A stretch of 64,000 nt of DNA from Sphingomonadales bacterium (GTDB taxonomy: Bacteria; Pseudomonadota; Alphaproteobacteria; Sphingomonadales; G965227345). A model generated the notes under the pieces. That model searched no databases, was not told the origin of the DNA, and worked only from the letters and a program-made list of their open reading frames with translations. Of this stretch, positions 10,738 through 21,018 are shown one piece after another (position 1 is the first letter of the stretch; each line of letters starts with the position of its first letter). A program made the translations under genes and the position numbers. The stretch spans positions 3,975,293-4,039,292 of the forward strand of contig OZ245755.1 in NCBI GenBank assembly GCA_965227345.1, given 5' to 3'.

Positions 10738-12015
10738 ATGTTTGACCTGAAAGCGATTAGAGAAAACCCCGCTGATTATGATAAAGGCTGGGCATTGCGG
10801 GGTCTTGCGCCGCAAACACCGGAAATACTGGCCCTGGATGAAAAATACCGGGCTGTTTTGACGGCGTTGCAGGAAGCTCAATCCCGGCGCAACGAGGCGT
10901 CCAGGGCCATTGGCATGGCAAAATCGAAAGGCGGGAACGCCAGTGATCTGATGGCCGAGGTGGCGCAGTTAAAGACCAGTATGCCGGTCTTGGAAGAAGA
11001 AGCGCGCAAGCTGGGAGAGGAATTGCAGGATCTTTTGGCAGGGCTGCCCAATATTCCTGCCGGGGATGTACCGGAAGGCGCTGATGAAGCGTCTAATGTT
11101 GAAGTTCGTGCCGTTGGGCACATTCCTGAATTCGACTTTTCACCACGTCAGCATTTTGAAGTTGGTGAAACATTGGGGATGATGGATTTTGAGGGTGCTG
11201 CGAAAATATCCGGTTCCAGATTTGTCGTCCTGTCAGGGGAACTGGCACGGATGGAACGTGCGCTGGGTGCCTTTATGCTTGACCTGCATACGACGGAATT
11301 TGGTTATGATGAGGTTTCTGTGCCGCTGCTGGTTCGGGACGAGGCACTTTTTGGTACGGGGCAGCTTCCCAAATTTTCCGATGACCTGTTCAAAACATCA
11401 ACAGGCCACTGGCTGATCCCGACGGCAGAGGTGCCGCTAACAAATCTGGTGCGTGAAGAAATACTTGCGGAAGAAAGCTTGCCGAAAAGATTTGCTGCCC
11501 TGACCCCGTGCTTTCGGTCGGAGGCAGGGGCTGCAGGGCGGGATACGCGGGGCATGATCAGGCAGCACCAGTTCATGAAGGTGGAACTGGTCAGCGTCAC
11601 GACCCCGCAAGAAAGTGACGCAGAACATGAGCGATTGACCGGATGTGCAGAAGAGGTGCTGAAGCGGCTGGGAATGGCTTACCGTGTGATGAAACTTTGT
11701 GTTGGTGATATGGGCTTTTCTGCACGCCGGACGCTTGACATTGAGGTTTGGTTGCCGGGCCAGAATGCCTACCGGGAAATTTCCAGTTGCTCAAGCTTTG
11801 GCGACTTTCAGGCACGACGCATGAACAGTCGCTGTCGGCCTGCCAATGAAAAACAGACCCGTTTTGTCAATACACTGAACGGTTCCGGCCTTGCCGTGGG
11901 CCGGACGCTGGTCGCAATCCTCGAGAATTATCAGCAGGCCGATGGCTCGGTGGTGGTCCCGGACGTCCTGCGCCCGTATATGGGCGGTGTTGAAGTTATC
12001 AAGTCAAGTGAGTAA
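10738..12015 (+). CDS. serS: serine--tRNA ligase
   Basis: N-terminal coiled-coil arm and class II core ([17 protein letters not shown]). Confidence 0.97.
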   Translation: MFDLKAIRENPADYDKGWALRGLAPQTPEILALDEKYRAVLTALQEAQSRRNEASRAIGMAKSKGGNASDLMAEVAQLKTSMPVLEEEARKLGEELQDLLAGLPNIPAGDVPEGADEASNVEVRAVGHIPEFDFSPRQHFEVGETLGMMDFEGAAKISGSRFVVLSGELARMERALGAFMLDLHTTEFGYDEVSVPLLVRDEALFGTGQLPKFSDDLFKTSTGHWLIPTAEVPLTNLVREEILAEESLPKRFAALTPCFRSEAGAAGRDTRGMIRQHQFMKVELVSVTTPQESDAEHERLTGCAEEVLKRLGMAYRVMKLCVGDMGFSARRTLDIEVWLPGQNAYREISSCSSFGDFQARRMNSRCRPANEKQTRFVNTLNGSGLAVGRTLVAILENYQQADGSVVVPDVLRPYMGGVEVIKSSE

Positions 12016-12805
12016 CCTTGTGAAAGAATTTTCCGATCACCGTATCCTGATCACCAATGATGATGGTATTCATGCCGCTGGCCTGAAAGTACTGGAAAGC
12101 ATTGCACGCGCCGTTACGGATGATGTCTGGATTGTCGCACCTGAAACCGAACAAAGCGGAGCCGGGCACGGGCTGACCCTTGCGGTGCCGCTCAGGGTGC
12201 GCAAGCTGGAAGAGAAAAAGTATGCAGTTCAGGGCACCCCCACAGATTGCGTGATGCTGGCGGTTCATAATATCATCAAGGATAAAAAGCCGACCCTTGT
12301 TCTGTCAGGCGTGAACCGGGGGGGCAACCTGGCAGAAGATGTTACATATTCGGGCACGATTGCAGGTGCCATGGAAGGCCTTTTATGTGGTATCCCGTCT
12401 ATCGCCATGAGTCAGGCCATGGGGCACCGCAGCGAAGGAGAAAGCTGGAGTGCTGCCGAACATTTCGGTGAGAAGGTCGTGCGACAGCTCCTGACTTCGG
12501 GATGGGACCGTGGTGTGTTGATCAATGTTAACTTCCCGGGGTGTGATGCAACGCTGGTGAAGGGCATTGAAGTCACAAATCAGGGATTTCGGGATGAGTC
12601 TGAATTGATTATCGACGAACGTGTAGACGCTCGTGGTGTTCCCTATTTCTGGTTTGGACTGCGCAGGGCATATGGGGATCCGGGGAAAAATACTGATTTG
12701 CAGGCTGTTCGGGACCATTATATTTCGGTCACACCGTTGCATCTGGATTTAACCCATCATCAGTCCAAAGATGCGCTGTCAGACGCGCTGAACGCCAATT
12801 TCTGA
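12008..12805 (+). CDS. surE: 5'/3'-nucleotidase SurE
   Basis: [14 protein letters not shown] motif. The start is taken as GTG 12008, overlapping the serS end. GTG 12020 is an alternative, and the ORF extends to 11891. Confidence 0.9.
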   Translation: MSNLVKEFSDHRILITNDDGIHAAGLKVLESIARAVTDDVWIVAPETEQSGAGHGLTLAVPLRVRKLEEKKYAVQGTPTDCVMLAVHNIIKDKKPTLVLSGVNRGGNLAEDVTYSGTIAGAMEGLLCGIPSIAMSQAMGHRSEGESWSAAEHFGEKVVRQLLTSGWDRGVLINVNFPGCDATLVKGIEVTNQGFRDESELIIDERVDARGVPYFWFGLRRAYGDPGKNTDLQAVRDHYISVTPLHLDLTHHQSKDALSDALNANF

Positions 12806-13471
12806 TTGACCGGGGCTTGCATTTTGGAAACGGTGTTGGAAGAGAATAAAATAAAGCTGATTATGGAACTGCGTCGATCCGGTATTTCGGATCAGGCAGT
12901 GTTGAATGCCATAGAGGCAATTCCCAGAGAATTTTTTGTCCCGGAATCGTTCAGGGCAAAGGCTTACGACAATGTTGCCCTGCCGATTATACGTGGTCAG
13001 TCAATCAGCCAGCCCTATATCGTGGCGTTTATGACCCAGGAACTACAATTATCCAATCGCATGAAGGTGCTGGAAATTGGCACAGGCTCTGGATATCAGG
13101 CCGCTGTACTGGCGCATATTGCCAAACGGGTTTTTACTGTCGAGCGCTACAGATCGCTTTTAAAAACAGCGCGGGAACGGTTTGAAACATTAAGGATTCA
13201 TAACATCACAACCCTGTTGGGCGATGGCCACAAAGGGTGGCCTGAACAGGCGCCGTTTGAGCGGATCATGGTCACGGCGGCCGCCCCGGAAATACCGTCG
13301 ACGCTGGCTGATCAGTTGGCTGATGGTGGCATCATGATATTACCGGTGGGTTCTCAAGGTGCGGATCAGCAGATTGTCCGGGTTGAACGGTGCTCTGGTC
13401 ACTTTGAAACACGGGACATTATGCCGACCCGGTTTGTGCCCTTGCTTGCAGGGCTGGCACAAGAGCCATAA
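12806..13471 (+). CDS. pcm: protein-L-isoaspartate O-methyltransferase
   Basis: VLEIGTGSGYQAAVLA SAM motif, in surE-pcm-nlpD synteny. The TTG start is uncertain. Confidence 0.9.
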   Translation: MTGACILETVLEENKIKLIMELRRSGISDQAVLNAIEAIPREFFVPESFRAKAYDNVALPIIRGQSISQPYIVAFMTQELQLSNRMKVLEIGTGSGYQAAVLAHIAKRVFTVERYRSLLKTARERFETLRIHNITTLLGDGHKGWPEQAPFERIMVTAAAPEIPSTLADQLADGGIMILPVGSQGADQQIVRVERCSGHFETRDIMPTRFVPLLAGLAQEP

Positions 13472-14481
13472 TGACGTATATTGCCCATATGACCGGGCGA
13501 CTGACATTGAAAGCATTATACTTTGCGGTGCTGCTGGCGGCAGTAATGTTGTCTGCCTGTTCCGGCGGACAATACGGCAATTTCAATCGTTATGACCCTA
13601 ATAACGTGCAGCCTGTCTGGCATGTAAAAAATTCTCCTGTTCCGGTGCCGCGTCCGCGTCTGAAGCCTGCACCACCTGTAAAAAATGTGGTTGCTGTTCC
13701 ATACACGGTGCCCAGGATACAGGGAGGCCAAACGGCGCAGCTGAAACCAGGGCAAATAGTGATTGTCAGGAAAGGGGATACCGTTTACGGAATTGCCCGG
13801 CGATACGGTGCCGAGGTCCGGCAGGTGATTGATGCCAATCGTCTGCGACCGCCCTATGCGTTAAAGCCCGGTGATCGGCTGCTGGTGCCAGGAGATCGGG
13901 TTCACGTAGTGCAGAAAGGTGAGACCACTTACAGTATTTCGCGCCGGTACGGCGTTGATCTGACCAGTCTGGTCCGCACGAACGGTATCAAGCCCCCCTA
14001 CACGCTGCGAGTGGGGCAGAAACTGCAAGTGCCACTGGCCATGAAGGCTGCCGATAGCACCGGACAAAGTGCAAAAAGCCCTGTGCCCCCGCCACCGCCC
14101 CGAACAGGCAATGGATTTATGTGGCCGGCGAGGGGCGCTATTCTATCGAGTTTTGGCCCGAAAGGGGGCGGTTTGCATAACGACGGGTTGAATATCCGGC
14201 TTAAACGCGGCGATCCGGTCAAAGCAGCAGAAAGCGGCGTGGTTGCATATGCCGGAAGCGAACTTAAAGGCTTTGGCAATTTGCTGCTGGTGCGCCACGA
14301 GGGGGGCTGGGTGACAGCATATGCGCATAATGACCGATTGCTGGTTAAACGCGGGGACAGGGTTGTACGGGGCCAGCATATTGCTGCAGGCGGCATGACA
14401 GGGAACGTCAAAACCCCTCAGTTGCATTTTGAAATCCGAAAGGGGTCATCCGCTGTTGATCCGCAAAGATATTTAAGGTGA
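13471..14481 (+). CDS. nlpD: LysM + M23 peptidase lipoprotein (NlpD-like)
   Basis: Lipobox VMLSAC, two LysM repeats (GDTVYGIARRYG, GETTYSISRRYG) and M23 motifs (HLHFEIR). Confidence 0.85.
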   Translation: MTYIAHMTGRLTLKALYFAVLLAAVMLSACSGGQYGNFNRYDPNNVQPVWHVKNSPVPVPRPRLKPAPPVKNVVAVPYTVPRIQGGQTAQLKPGQIVIVRKGDTVYGIARRYGAEVRQVIDANRLRPPYALKPGDRLLVPGDRVHVVQKGETTYSISRRYGVDLTSLVRTNGIKPPYTLRVGQKLQVPLAMKAADSTGQSAKSPVPPPPPRTGNGFMWPARGAILSSFGPKGGGLHNDGLNIRLKRGDPVKAAESGVVAYAGSELKGFGNLLLVRHEGGWVTAYAHNDRLLVKRGDRVVRGQHIAAGGMTGNVKTPQLHFEIRKGSSAVDPQRYLR

Positions 14482-14567
14482 GCCCGGTTCTATCGAAATT
14501 TTAATAATTGATCGTTATAGATCGTAAAAATTGACGGCCCTGACCTAAAGAGCAGAATGATTTAACT

Positions 14568-15989
14568 GTGGTATTTAATTCCTACACCTTTGTAATTTTC
14601 TTTGCGATTGTGCTGGGGCTTTATTACAGCCCGATAAGCTGGCATGCCAAAAAATTAATGCTGACCGGTGCCAGCTATCTGTTTTATGCAGCGTGGAATC
14701 CCCCGTTTGTTCTGTTGCTGATGTTTTCCACTGTCGTGGACTGGGAGCTGTCGCAGCGCATTTACTACAGCACGTCCATTAAATTGCGGCGGCTTTATCT
14801 GGTCATCAGTCTGTGTGTGAACCTTGGCCTGCTAGGCTTTTTCAAATACAGCATGTTCCTGCTGGGCTCTTTTACAGGGCTTCTGGGCGAGTTCGGCATT
14901 CTGTATCAGGCGCCTGCACTTGACATCATTCTGCCGGTTGGTATCTCATTCTATACCTTCCAGACCCTGTCCTATTCTCTGGATGTTTATCGACGGGAAA
15001 TAAAACCGTGGCATTCCTTCGCTGACTACGCATTGTTTGTCAGCTTCTTTCCGCAACTTGTGGCAGGACCGATTGTTCGGGCGCGTGACTTTTTACCCCA
15101 AACCATTGAAGAAAAAAGAGCAAGCCTGCGCCATATCGGTTGGGGACTTGCGTTGATGACGCTGGGGCTTTTCCAAAAGGTAGTGATTGCCGACGGCATG
15201 CTTGCGCCGGTTGTTGAGCGTGTCTTTGACAGCGAAGGTGTTGTGGCGCCGCTGGCGGCCGGTATTGGAACGCTGGCCTTTGCGGGGCAAATTTTCTGTG
15301 ACTTTGCCGGTTATTCCACCATCGCCATTGGGGCGGCGATGTGCCTGGGGTTTGCTCTGCCCGACAATTTTCGTTTTCCTTATGCCGCCATTGGATTTTC
15401 AGACTTCTGGCAGCGGTGGCATATCTCGCTTTCAAGCTGGTTGCGCGATTATCTGTACATCAGTCTTGGGGGCAACAGACACGGGAAATTCAAAACATAC
15501 AGAAACTTGATGCTGACGATGTTGCTGGGAGGGTTGTGGCACGGTGCCAACTGGACATTTGTTGTTTGGGGCGGCTTGCACGGCCTGTATCTGGTGCTGG
15601 AACGTGGTGCAAATGCCCTGGTTGGATCATGGGGAATATGGCGGCGTGCCGCAGGAAAGGTGTTTCTGGCTGGCCTGACATTCTCTCTGGTCTGCCTCGC
15701 GTGGATTTTCTTTCGTGCGGACAGTTTTGGCAAGGCCTTTGAGATTATTCAGGCAGGGCTTTTCTTGCTGCCGGAGCGTGATGTTTATGTATCCGCAGGC
15801 CAGACGGCTATTGTGCTGATTTGTATGTCGGTGCTTTTGGCATTGCACTGGGTATTGCGGGACATGACCCTGGAGGAAGCTGCCGCCCGAGTTCCGCCTT
15901 GGGTAAAGGGTGTGTTACTGGGAATTGCCATTGTGGCCGTCATGATGTCACCGGGAGAGGATCGTGCATTCATCTACTTTCAGTTTTGA
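14568..15989 (+). CDS. MBOAT family O-acyltransferase (AlgI/DltB/PatA-like)
   Basis: Polytopic membrane protein with the MBOAT histidine block FWQRWHISLSSWLRDYLYISLGGNR. GTG start. Confidence 0.88.
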   Translation: MVFNSYTFVIFFAIVLGLYYSPISWHAKKLMLTGASYLFYAAWNPPFVLLLMFSTVVDWELSQRIYYSTSIKLRRLYLVISLCVNLGLLGFFKYSMFLLGSFTGLLGEFGILYQAPALDIILPVGISFYTFQTLSYSLDVYRREIKPWHSFADYALFVSFFPQLVAGPIVRARDFLPQTIEEKRASLRHIGWGLALMTLGLFQKVVIADGMLAPVVERVFDSEGVVAPLAAGIGTLAFAGQIFCDFAGYSTIAIGAAMCLGFALPDNFRFPYAAIGFSDFWQRWHISLSSWLRDYLYISLGGNRHGKFKTYRNLMLTMLLGGLWHGANWTFVVWGGLHGLYLVLERGANALVGSWGIWRRAAGKVFLAGLTFSLVCLAWIFFRADSFGKAFEIIQAGLFLLPERDVYVSAGQTAIVLICMSVLLALHWVLRDMTLEEAAARVPPWVKGVLLGIAIVAVMMSPGEDRAFIYFQF

Positions 15990-16986
15990 GCGTGCCACCG
16001 CCGCGCCCTGGAGGCGGATTATTCTGATTGCTGTTCTGACGGCACTGTTGCTTCTTGCCCTGGTTGAGACCTTTTGGCGCCTGCGGGGTGCAGAACCCGA
16101 TTATATGGATGACTTGCGTCGCTGGTCGTATTTTCGCGCTCAAATTGAGGATATGACCGCTCCGCGCGATACGGTGTTGCTGGGTGCCTCCAGAATTCAA
16201 CTGGGCTGGTCGCTGCAAACATTCCGGGACGAAATACAAGGGGCCAAGACTGTACAACTGGCGGTCGATGGCAGCAGCCCATGGGCAATACTTGAAGATA
16301 TTGCAACAAATACGAATTTTGCGGGCACGCTGATTGTCTCCATGCAGGCGTCAAAAGTACTGTCGATAAACCATGCAAATACACTTGGACATGTGAATTA
16401 TTTCTCCCGGTCCTGGAATAACAATACAAGGATCAATTTTCTGATTGATGATTTTTTGCAGCGGTTTCTTGTGACGCGTCAGTCCCTGTACGGGTTGGAG
16501 CACAATGCGTTATTGATACTTGATGGAAAAAGCCTGCCCGACACCAGAAATTACCTGAAGACAAGCCGCGAGAGAGAGCGTCACGCTGATTATCGTCTGG
16601 TTGATATTAAGGAGCATCGGGCAGAGAGGATCAGGCGCTTGCTTGAGGCAGACGCTGATTTCATCCAGCCTTCGGCAGATGAGTGGCGCAGGAACCTTGG
16701 CAAACTGGACGGTTTTGTGCGACAGATTACCTCTCGCGGCGGGAAAGTTGTGTTCCTGCGGTTTCCGACAAGTGATGAGACATGGGCCAGAGAACAGGAG
16801 ATGCTTCCCAGGGAAAAATACTGGGATGATATGGTAACATCGGTTTCAGGAACGTGGATTCATTTCCAGGATGTCGAGGATCTGGAAGGGTTCGATTTGC
16901 CGGATACTTCGCACATTGATCAAAAAGACCGGAGAGCCTTTACCCGGATATGGTTGAAGAAATTACGTGATATGGGCATCTACTAG
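15964..16986 (+). CDS. membrane-anchored putative SGNH/DltD-like partner of the MBOAT protein
   Basis: GTG start overlapping the MBOAT gene by 26 nt. It has a single N-terminal TM helix. LLGASR (Ser76) lies near the N-terminus and PDTSHID (Asp314, His317) near the C-terminus. This Ser...DxxH order matches SGNH/DltD-type enzymes. The fold has not been verified. Confidence 0.55.
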   Translation: MHSSTFSFERATAAPWRRIILIAVLTALLLLALVETFWRLRGAEPDYMDDLRRWSYFRAQIEDMTAPRDTVLLGASRIQLGWSLQTFRDEIQGAKTVQLAVDGSSPWAILEDIATNTNFAGTLIVSMQASKVLSINHANTLGHVNYFSRSWNNNTRINFLIDDFLQRFLVTRQSLYGLEHNALLILDGKSLPDTRNYLKTSRERERHADYRLVDIKEHRAERIRRLLEADADFIQPSADEWRRNLGKLDGFVRQITSRGGKVVFLRFPTSDETWAREQEMLPREKYWDDMVTSVSGTWIHFQDVEDLEGFDLPDTSHIDQKDRRAFTRIWLKKLRDMGIY

Positions 16987-16989
16987 CCG

Positions 16990-17607
16990 CTAATAGGGCA
17001 GGCGTGCCTTCAGCGCAGCCATGAGGGTGCCATCGTCCAGATAATCAAGTTCACCTCCCACAGGGACCCCGTGGGCCAGATGGGTTACTTTTACACTGCA
17101 TTCATTCAGGCGATCAGCCAGATAATGTGCGGTTGTCTGACCATCTACCGTCGCATTGGTTGCGATGATGACTTCAGTGACCAATTCATCATTGGCGCGG
17201 CGAATCAAACTGGCAATATTCAGGTCATCCGGTCCGATACCATCCAAAGCTGACAATGTGCCCCCCAGCACATGGTATTGGCCCTGATATGAGCCTGCGC
17301 GGTCAAGCGCCCAAAGGTCGCCAACCTCTTCGACCACACAAATCAGTGTGCGGTCACGGCGCGGACTTTGACAAATTTTGCAGGGTTGTACGGTATCCAG
17401 ATTGCCGCAGGTCTCGCATGTCTGTACGCTATCGGCCGCCGTCATCAGGGCGGTGGCCAGCGGCACCATCAGACTTTCCTTGCGCTTTATCAATTGCAAC
17501 ACAGCGCGCCGCGCCGACCGGGGACCAAGGCCGGGCAACTTGGCCAGAAGCTGGATCAGGCGATCAATTTCCGTGCCATATCCGCGGTCCTGTTGGGATG
17601 TCTTCAA
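16990..17607 (-). CDS. recR: recombination protein RecR
   Basis: Zn-finger [16 protein letters not shown] plus a Toprim region, in dnaX-ybaB-recR synteny. Confidence 0.95.
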   Translation of the reverse strand: MKTSQQDRGYGTEIDRLIQLLAKLPGLGPRSARRAVLQLIKRKESLMVPLATALMTAADSVQTCETCGNLDTVQPCKICQSPRRDRTLICVVEEVGDLWALDRAGSYQGQYHVLGGTLSALDGIGPDDLNIASLIRRANDELVTEVIIATNATVDGQTTAHYLADRLNECSVKVTHLAHGVPVGGELDYLDDGTLMAALKARLPY

Positions 17608-17619
17608 GGATGCTGACCT

Positions 17620-17943
17620 CTAGAAAGGTAATTTAAAACCGGGAGGAAGTGACAGGCCGCCGGTTACCTTGGACATTTCCTCAGCCGTCTTTTCTTCTGC
17701 TTTCTGTTTGGCATCCCGATGTGCAGCAACAATCAGATCTTCAAGCATTTCCTTGTCGCCATCTGCAAACAGGCTCTGGTCCAGACTGACTTTTTTCAGC
17801 TCACCTTTTGCCGTCATGATGACACTCACAAGGCCGGCACCGGCGCTGCCTGTGACTTCTATGTTTGCAAGTTCATCCTGCATTTGGCCCATTTTTTCCT
17901 GCATTTGCTGGGCTTGCTTCATCATTTGACTTAAGTTTTTCAT
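17620..17943 (-). CDS. ybaB: YbaB/EbfC family nucleoid-associated protein
   Basis: 107 aa starting [11 protein letters not shown]..., between dnaX and recR. Confidence 0.92.
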   Translation of the reverse strand: MKNLSQMMKQAQQMQEKMGQMQDELANIEVTGSAGAGLVSVIMTAKGELKKVSLDQSLFADGDKEMLEDLIVAAHRDAKQKAEEKTAEEMSKVTGGLSLPPGFKLPF

Positions 17944-17978
17944 CTAACTATCCATAAATATAATAAATTTGGTCAAAT

Positions 17979-19808
17979 TCAATCATCGTCAAGGCCAAAT
18001 TTGTCATCGTCAGCTACTGGAATATCATCAGGATCGACAGTTGCGGTCGCGATGCGAATGTCGCTGATATCGGCACCTTCAAATACCTTGAGGGCAGCCT
18101 GAACAAGGGGGTGTGCCAGCGCCTCCTCGCGGACTTTGGCGCGTGCTTCCTGCTCTTGTTTGTGCAGGCTCTCTTCACCTGTTTCCTGTGAGAGGCTTAT
18201 GACCCATCTTTCACCGGTCCATTGCCTGAGGCATTCAGAAACCCGGTTCGCCAAATCTGCAGGCGCTTCCGGGCCAGGGCGTATTTCCAGCCTGTTCGCG
18301 GCAAAGTGTACAAGATGGACATGGTCGCTCAGATGCAGGGCAAGACGCGGTTCCTTGTAATTTTCAAACATGGCAACAAGTGCCGGAAAGTTACGGGGAT
18401 TGGGTGCAAAGTTCTGATCGACGGCCATTGCGGTGGCCTGTGACCCATTGTGATATGCACGCGCACCCGGCCTGTATTCACCCTGCGGGCCATCTGATTG
18501 AGGCATGGCCGATGTTGCATTGCCACCTGGGTCACCAGAGGTTGAAGAGTTTCCGGATGGGGCAGCAGGGCCTGAACCGGATGATGGCGGCGAACTTGAG
18601 AGTTGACGCACAAGGTCTGCCGGGTCAGGAAGACTTGCGGCATAGACCATGCGGACCAATACCATCTCGGCGGCTGCCAGAGGGGCAGGGGCCTGCCGTG
18701 TTTCCTGCAGGCCTTTCAGAAGCATCTGCCAGCTGCGGGTCAGGATCGGCATGCCAAGGGACAGGGCCATTTTACCGCCAAGTTCGCGTTCTGCCTGAGA
18801 CGTTACCGCATCTTCGCCGGCATCAGGGACAACTTTCAGCCGTGTGAGCCAATGGGTCAGTTCCAGCATATCCTGCAGGATTACTGTTGGGTCTGCACCC
18901 TGATTATATTGCTGGCGCATCATGTCGAGCGCGGATTTGATATCACCATTCATGACGGCCTGATACAAATCGAGCACGATAGCGCGATCTGCAAGTCCCA
19001 GCATGTCACGGACCTGCGTCTCAGACACCTTGCCACTACCATGTGCCAATGCCTGATCCAGCAGTGACAGGCCGTCCCGAACAGACCCTTCAGCCGCCCG
19101 GGCGATCAGCCCCAGTGCGGTATCTTCAATATCGCCCTTTTCCTGTTCGACGATCTTTTTGAAATGCGCAACAAGCTGTCCCGCTTCAACCCGCCTCAGG
19201 TCAAAGCGCTGGCACCGCGATAGTACGGTCACGGGCACCTTGCGGATTTCGGTTGTCGCAAAGATAAATTTTACATGCGCAGGTGGTTCTTCAAGCGTTT
19301 TAAGAAGCGCGTTGAAGGCATTGCGCGAAAGCATGTGCACTTCATCGATGATATAAATTTTGTAGCGAGCTGATATGGCTGCGTAGCGCACGCCGTCGAT
19401 GATTTCCCGAATATCGTCAACGCCTGTTCTGCTGGCAGCATCCATTTCCAATACGTCAACATGGCGTGATTCGGCAATGGCACGGCAATTGTCACACACA
19501 TCACATGGCGATACCGTGGCACCGCCAGTGCCGTCTGCACCAACGCAGTTCAATGCCTTGGCAATGAGGCGTGCTGTTGTGGTTTTGCCGACCCCCCGAA
19601 CACCGGTCAGAATAAAGGCATGCGCCAGTCTGCCTGCCTCAATGGCATTGGACAATGTCCTGACCATGGCTTCCTGGCCAATGAGTTCGTCAAACGTTGA
19701 TGGCCTGTATTTCCGCGCCAGCACCCGATATTCGGGTGAAGCTTCAGAAGCATTTTGCTGATGGACGGCGCTTGGAGCATCAAGGGGAGTATCGCGCTTA
19801 TCCGACAT
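17979..19808 (-). CDS. dnaX: DNA polymerase III subunit gamma/tau
   Basis: Walker A GVRGVGKTTTARL, a Zn module CDVCDNC, and an SRC-type sensor (VTVLSRCQRF). Confidence 0.95.
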   Translation of the reverse strand: MSDKRDTPLDAPSAVHQQNASEASPEYRVLARKYRPSTFDELIGQEAMVRTLSNAIEAGRLAHAFILTGVRGVGKTTTARLIAKALNCVGADGTGGATVSPCDVCDNCRAIAESRHVDVLEMDAASRTGVDDIREIIDGVRYAAISARYKIYIIDEVHMLSRNAFNALLKTLEEPPAHVKFIFATTEIRKVPVTVLSRCQRFDLRRVEAGQLVAHFKKIVEQEKGDIEDTALGLIARAAEGSVRDGLSLLDQALAHGSGKVSETQVRDMLGLADRAIVLDLYQAVMNGDIKSALDMMRQQYNQGADPTVILQDMLELTHWLTRLKVVPDAGEDAVTSQAERELGGKMALSLGMPILTRSWQMLLKGLQETRQAPAPLAAAEMVLVRMVYAASLPDPADLVRQLSSSPPSSGSGPAAPSGNSSTSGDPGGNATSAMPQSDGPQGEYRPGARAYHNGSQATAMAVDQNFAPNPRNFPALVAMFENYKEPRLALHLSDHVHLVHFAANRLEIRPGPEAPADLANRVSECLRQWTGERWVISLSQETGEESLHKQEQEARAKVREEALAHPLVQAALKVFEGADISDIRIATATVDPDDIPVADDDKFGLDDD

Positions 19809-19837
19809 ACGAAGGAATCAACCTTTCTATCTGATGA

Positions 19838-19936
19838 GGTGGGAGACTGACGCGTGACCCGGGCGAATCTCGTTACGGCTGCTTCCTTCCGGACCTGACC
19901 GGATTGGCGAGTAACCCGTCCACTGCCAATCTCCCT
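19838..19936 (-). ncRNA. ffs: signal recognition particle RNA (4.5S, small bacterial type)
   Basis: The minus strand reads GGGAGA...GGUCAGGUCCGGAAGGAAGCAGCC...UCUCCCACC. It contains the universally conserved domain IV motif, and the 5' and 3' ends are complementary. Its position upstream of dnaX is typical of alphaproteobacteria. Confidence 0.85.
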
Positions 19937-20094
19937 GTCAGAGTATATCGAACATTTCGGCCCTATGTGCAAGGGTAACGGTGTTATTTTATCCGGAAAT
20001 GGTCCATTAATCACTTCAGGTCCTTGGCTTAAGATGAACAGGCCCTTAAGATGCCGGGGAAATCAGCTGGTAACCACAGTTCAAGGATCATTTT

Positions 20095-21018
20095 TTGCCC
20101 CTAACATTTTCTGACAGTCCCCTTGATACTGCTGATCATATCCGGAGCGATGAGGCCGCGCTGCGTGCCGCAATGGATGATTCGTCTTCGCGATTTCTTC
20201 CTTGCTGGAAATTAAATGCCTTTTTGCACAAGACCGACGAAAAAGTCAGTTTAGGATGGCTGAGCGCGCAACAGATTGGGCCACAATTGCTGCAAGAAAA
20301 AGTGGTGTTCCTGGGGCTATTGGGTGACGTGCATTACTTTGCATGTGATGTAGACCATATAGGACCAGAGGATGCGCCGCCATTTGAAGAATGGGGTGAA
20401 TTTGTCGAAACCCGTGCGGCTGCCATGATCTTGGGCAGCAGCGATGCGGCTATTATGGCGCGGGCCAGATCGCTGATTGATTGGCATCAACGACACGGAT
20501 TTTGTGCGAAATGCGGATCGAAAACCCGACTGACACGGGGTGGTTCGCAACGCATATGCGAAGCAGAGCATTGTCGTGCCCAGCATTTCCCGCGCGTGGA
20601 TCCGGTCGTTATCATGCTTGTTCATGACAAAAACAGGTGTCTTTTAGGGCGCCAGAGCCGTTTTCCAGAGGGCATGTATTCTGCACTTGCCGGTTTCATT
20701 GAGCCGGGAGAAAGTCTTGAAGGGGCGGTGGTGCGAGAATCATTCGAAGAAGCAGGTATCAGGATCGGTCAGGTCGATTATATTGCCAGCCAGCCCTGGC
20801 CTTTTCCTTCAAGCCTTATGATTGGCTGCATGGCAAAAGCCGAAACGTTCAACATTACCATGGACGACTTGGAGCTTGAGGATGCACGTTGGTTCACCCG
20901 TGAAGAGGTGCGCCGGGCTATTGAACGGGACCCGGTATCAGCCTTCTTTTTACCCCCGTCCATTGCCATCGCGCATCATCTCATATTGCACTGGCTCAAG
21001 ATTACCACCGATCAGTGA
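20095..21018 (+). CDS. nudC: NAD(+) diphosphatase (NudC-type Nudix hydrolase)
   Basis: Zn ribbon CAKCGSKT...CEAEHC followed by the Nudix box GFIEPGESLEGAVVRESFEEAGI. TTG start. Confidence 0.85.
   Translation: MPLTFSDSPLDTADHIRSDEAALRAAMDDSSSRFLPCWKLNAFLHKTDEKVSLGWLSAQQIGPQLLQEKVVFLGLLGDVHYFACDVDHIGPEDAPPFEEWGEFVETRAAAMILGSSDAAIMARARSLIDWHQRHGFCAKCGSKTRLTRGGSQRICEAEHCRAQHFPRVDPVVIMLVHDKNRCLLGRQSRFPEGMYSALAGFIEPGESLEGAVVRESFEEAGIRIGQVDYIASQPWPFPSSLMIGCMAKAETFNITMDDLELEDARWFTREEVRRAIERDPVSAFFLPPSIAIAHHLILHWLKITTDQ

Noticed and set aside
19155-19161. C AAA AAG in dnaX as a possible programmed -1 frameshift site for a gamma subunit.
   Set aside because: It is not a full X XXY YYZ heptamer. It also lies at codons 217-218 inside the ATPase module, whereas the E. 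coli site is around codon 430. A truncation there would not give a functional gamma.
19607-20014. 135-aa minus-strand ORF in the dnaX-nudC gap.
   Set aside because: It overlaps the dnaX 5' end and the SRP RNA. The sequence is explained by the RNA gene.
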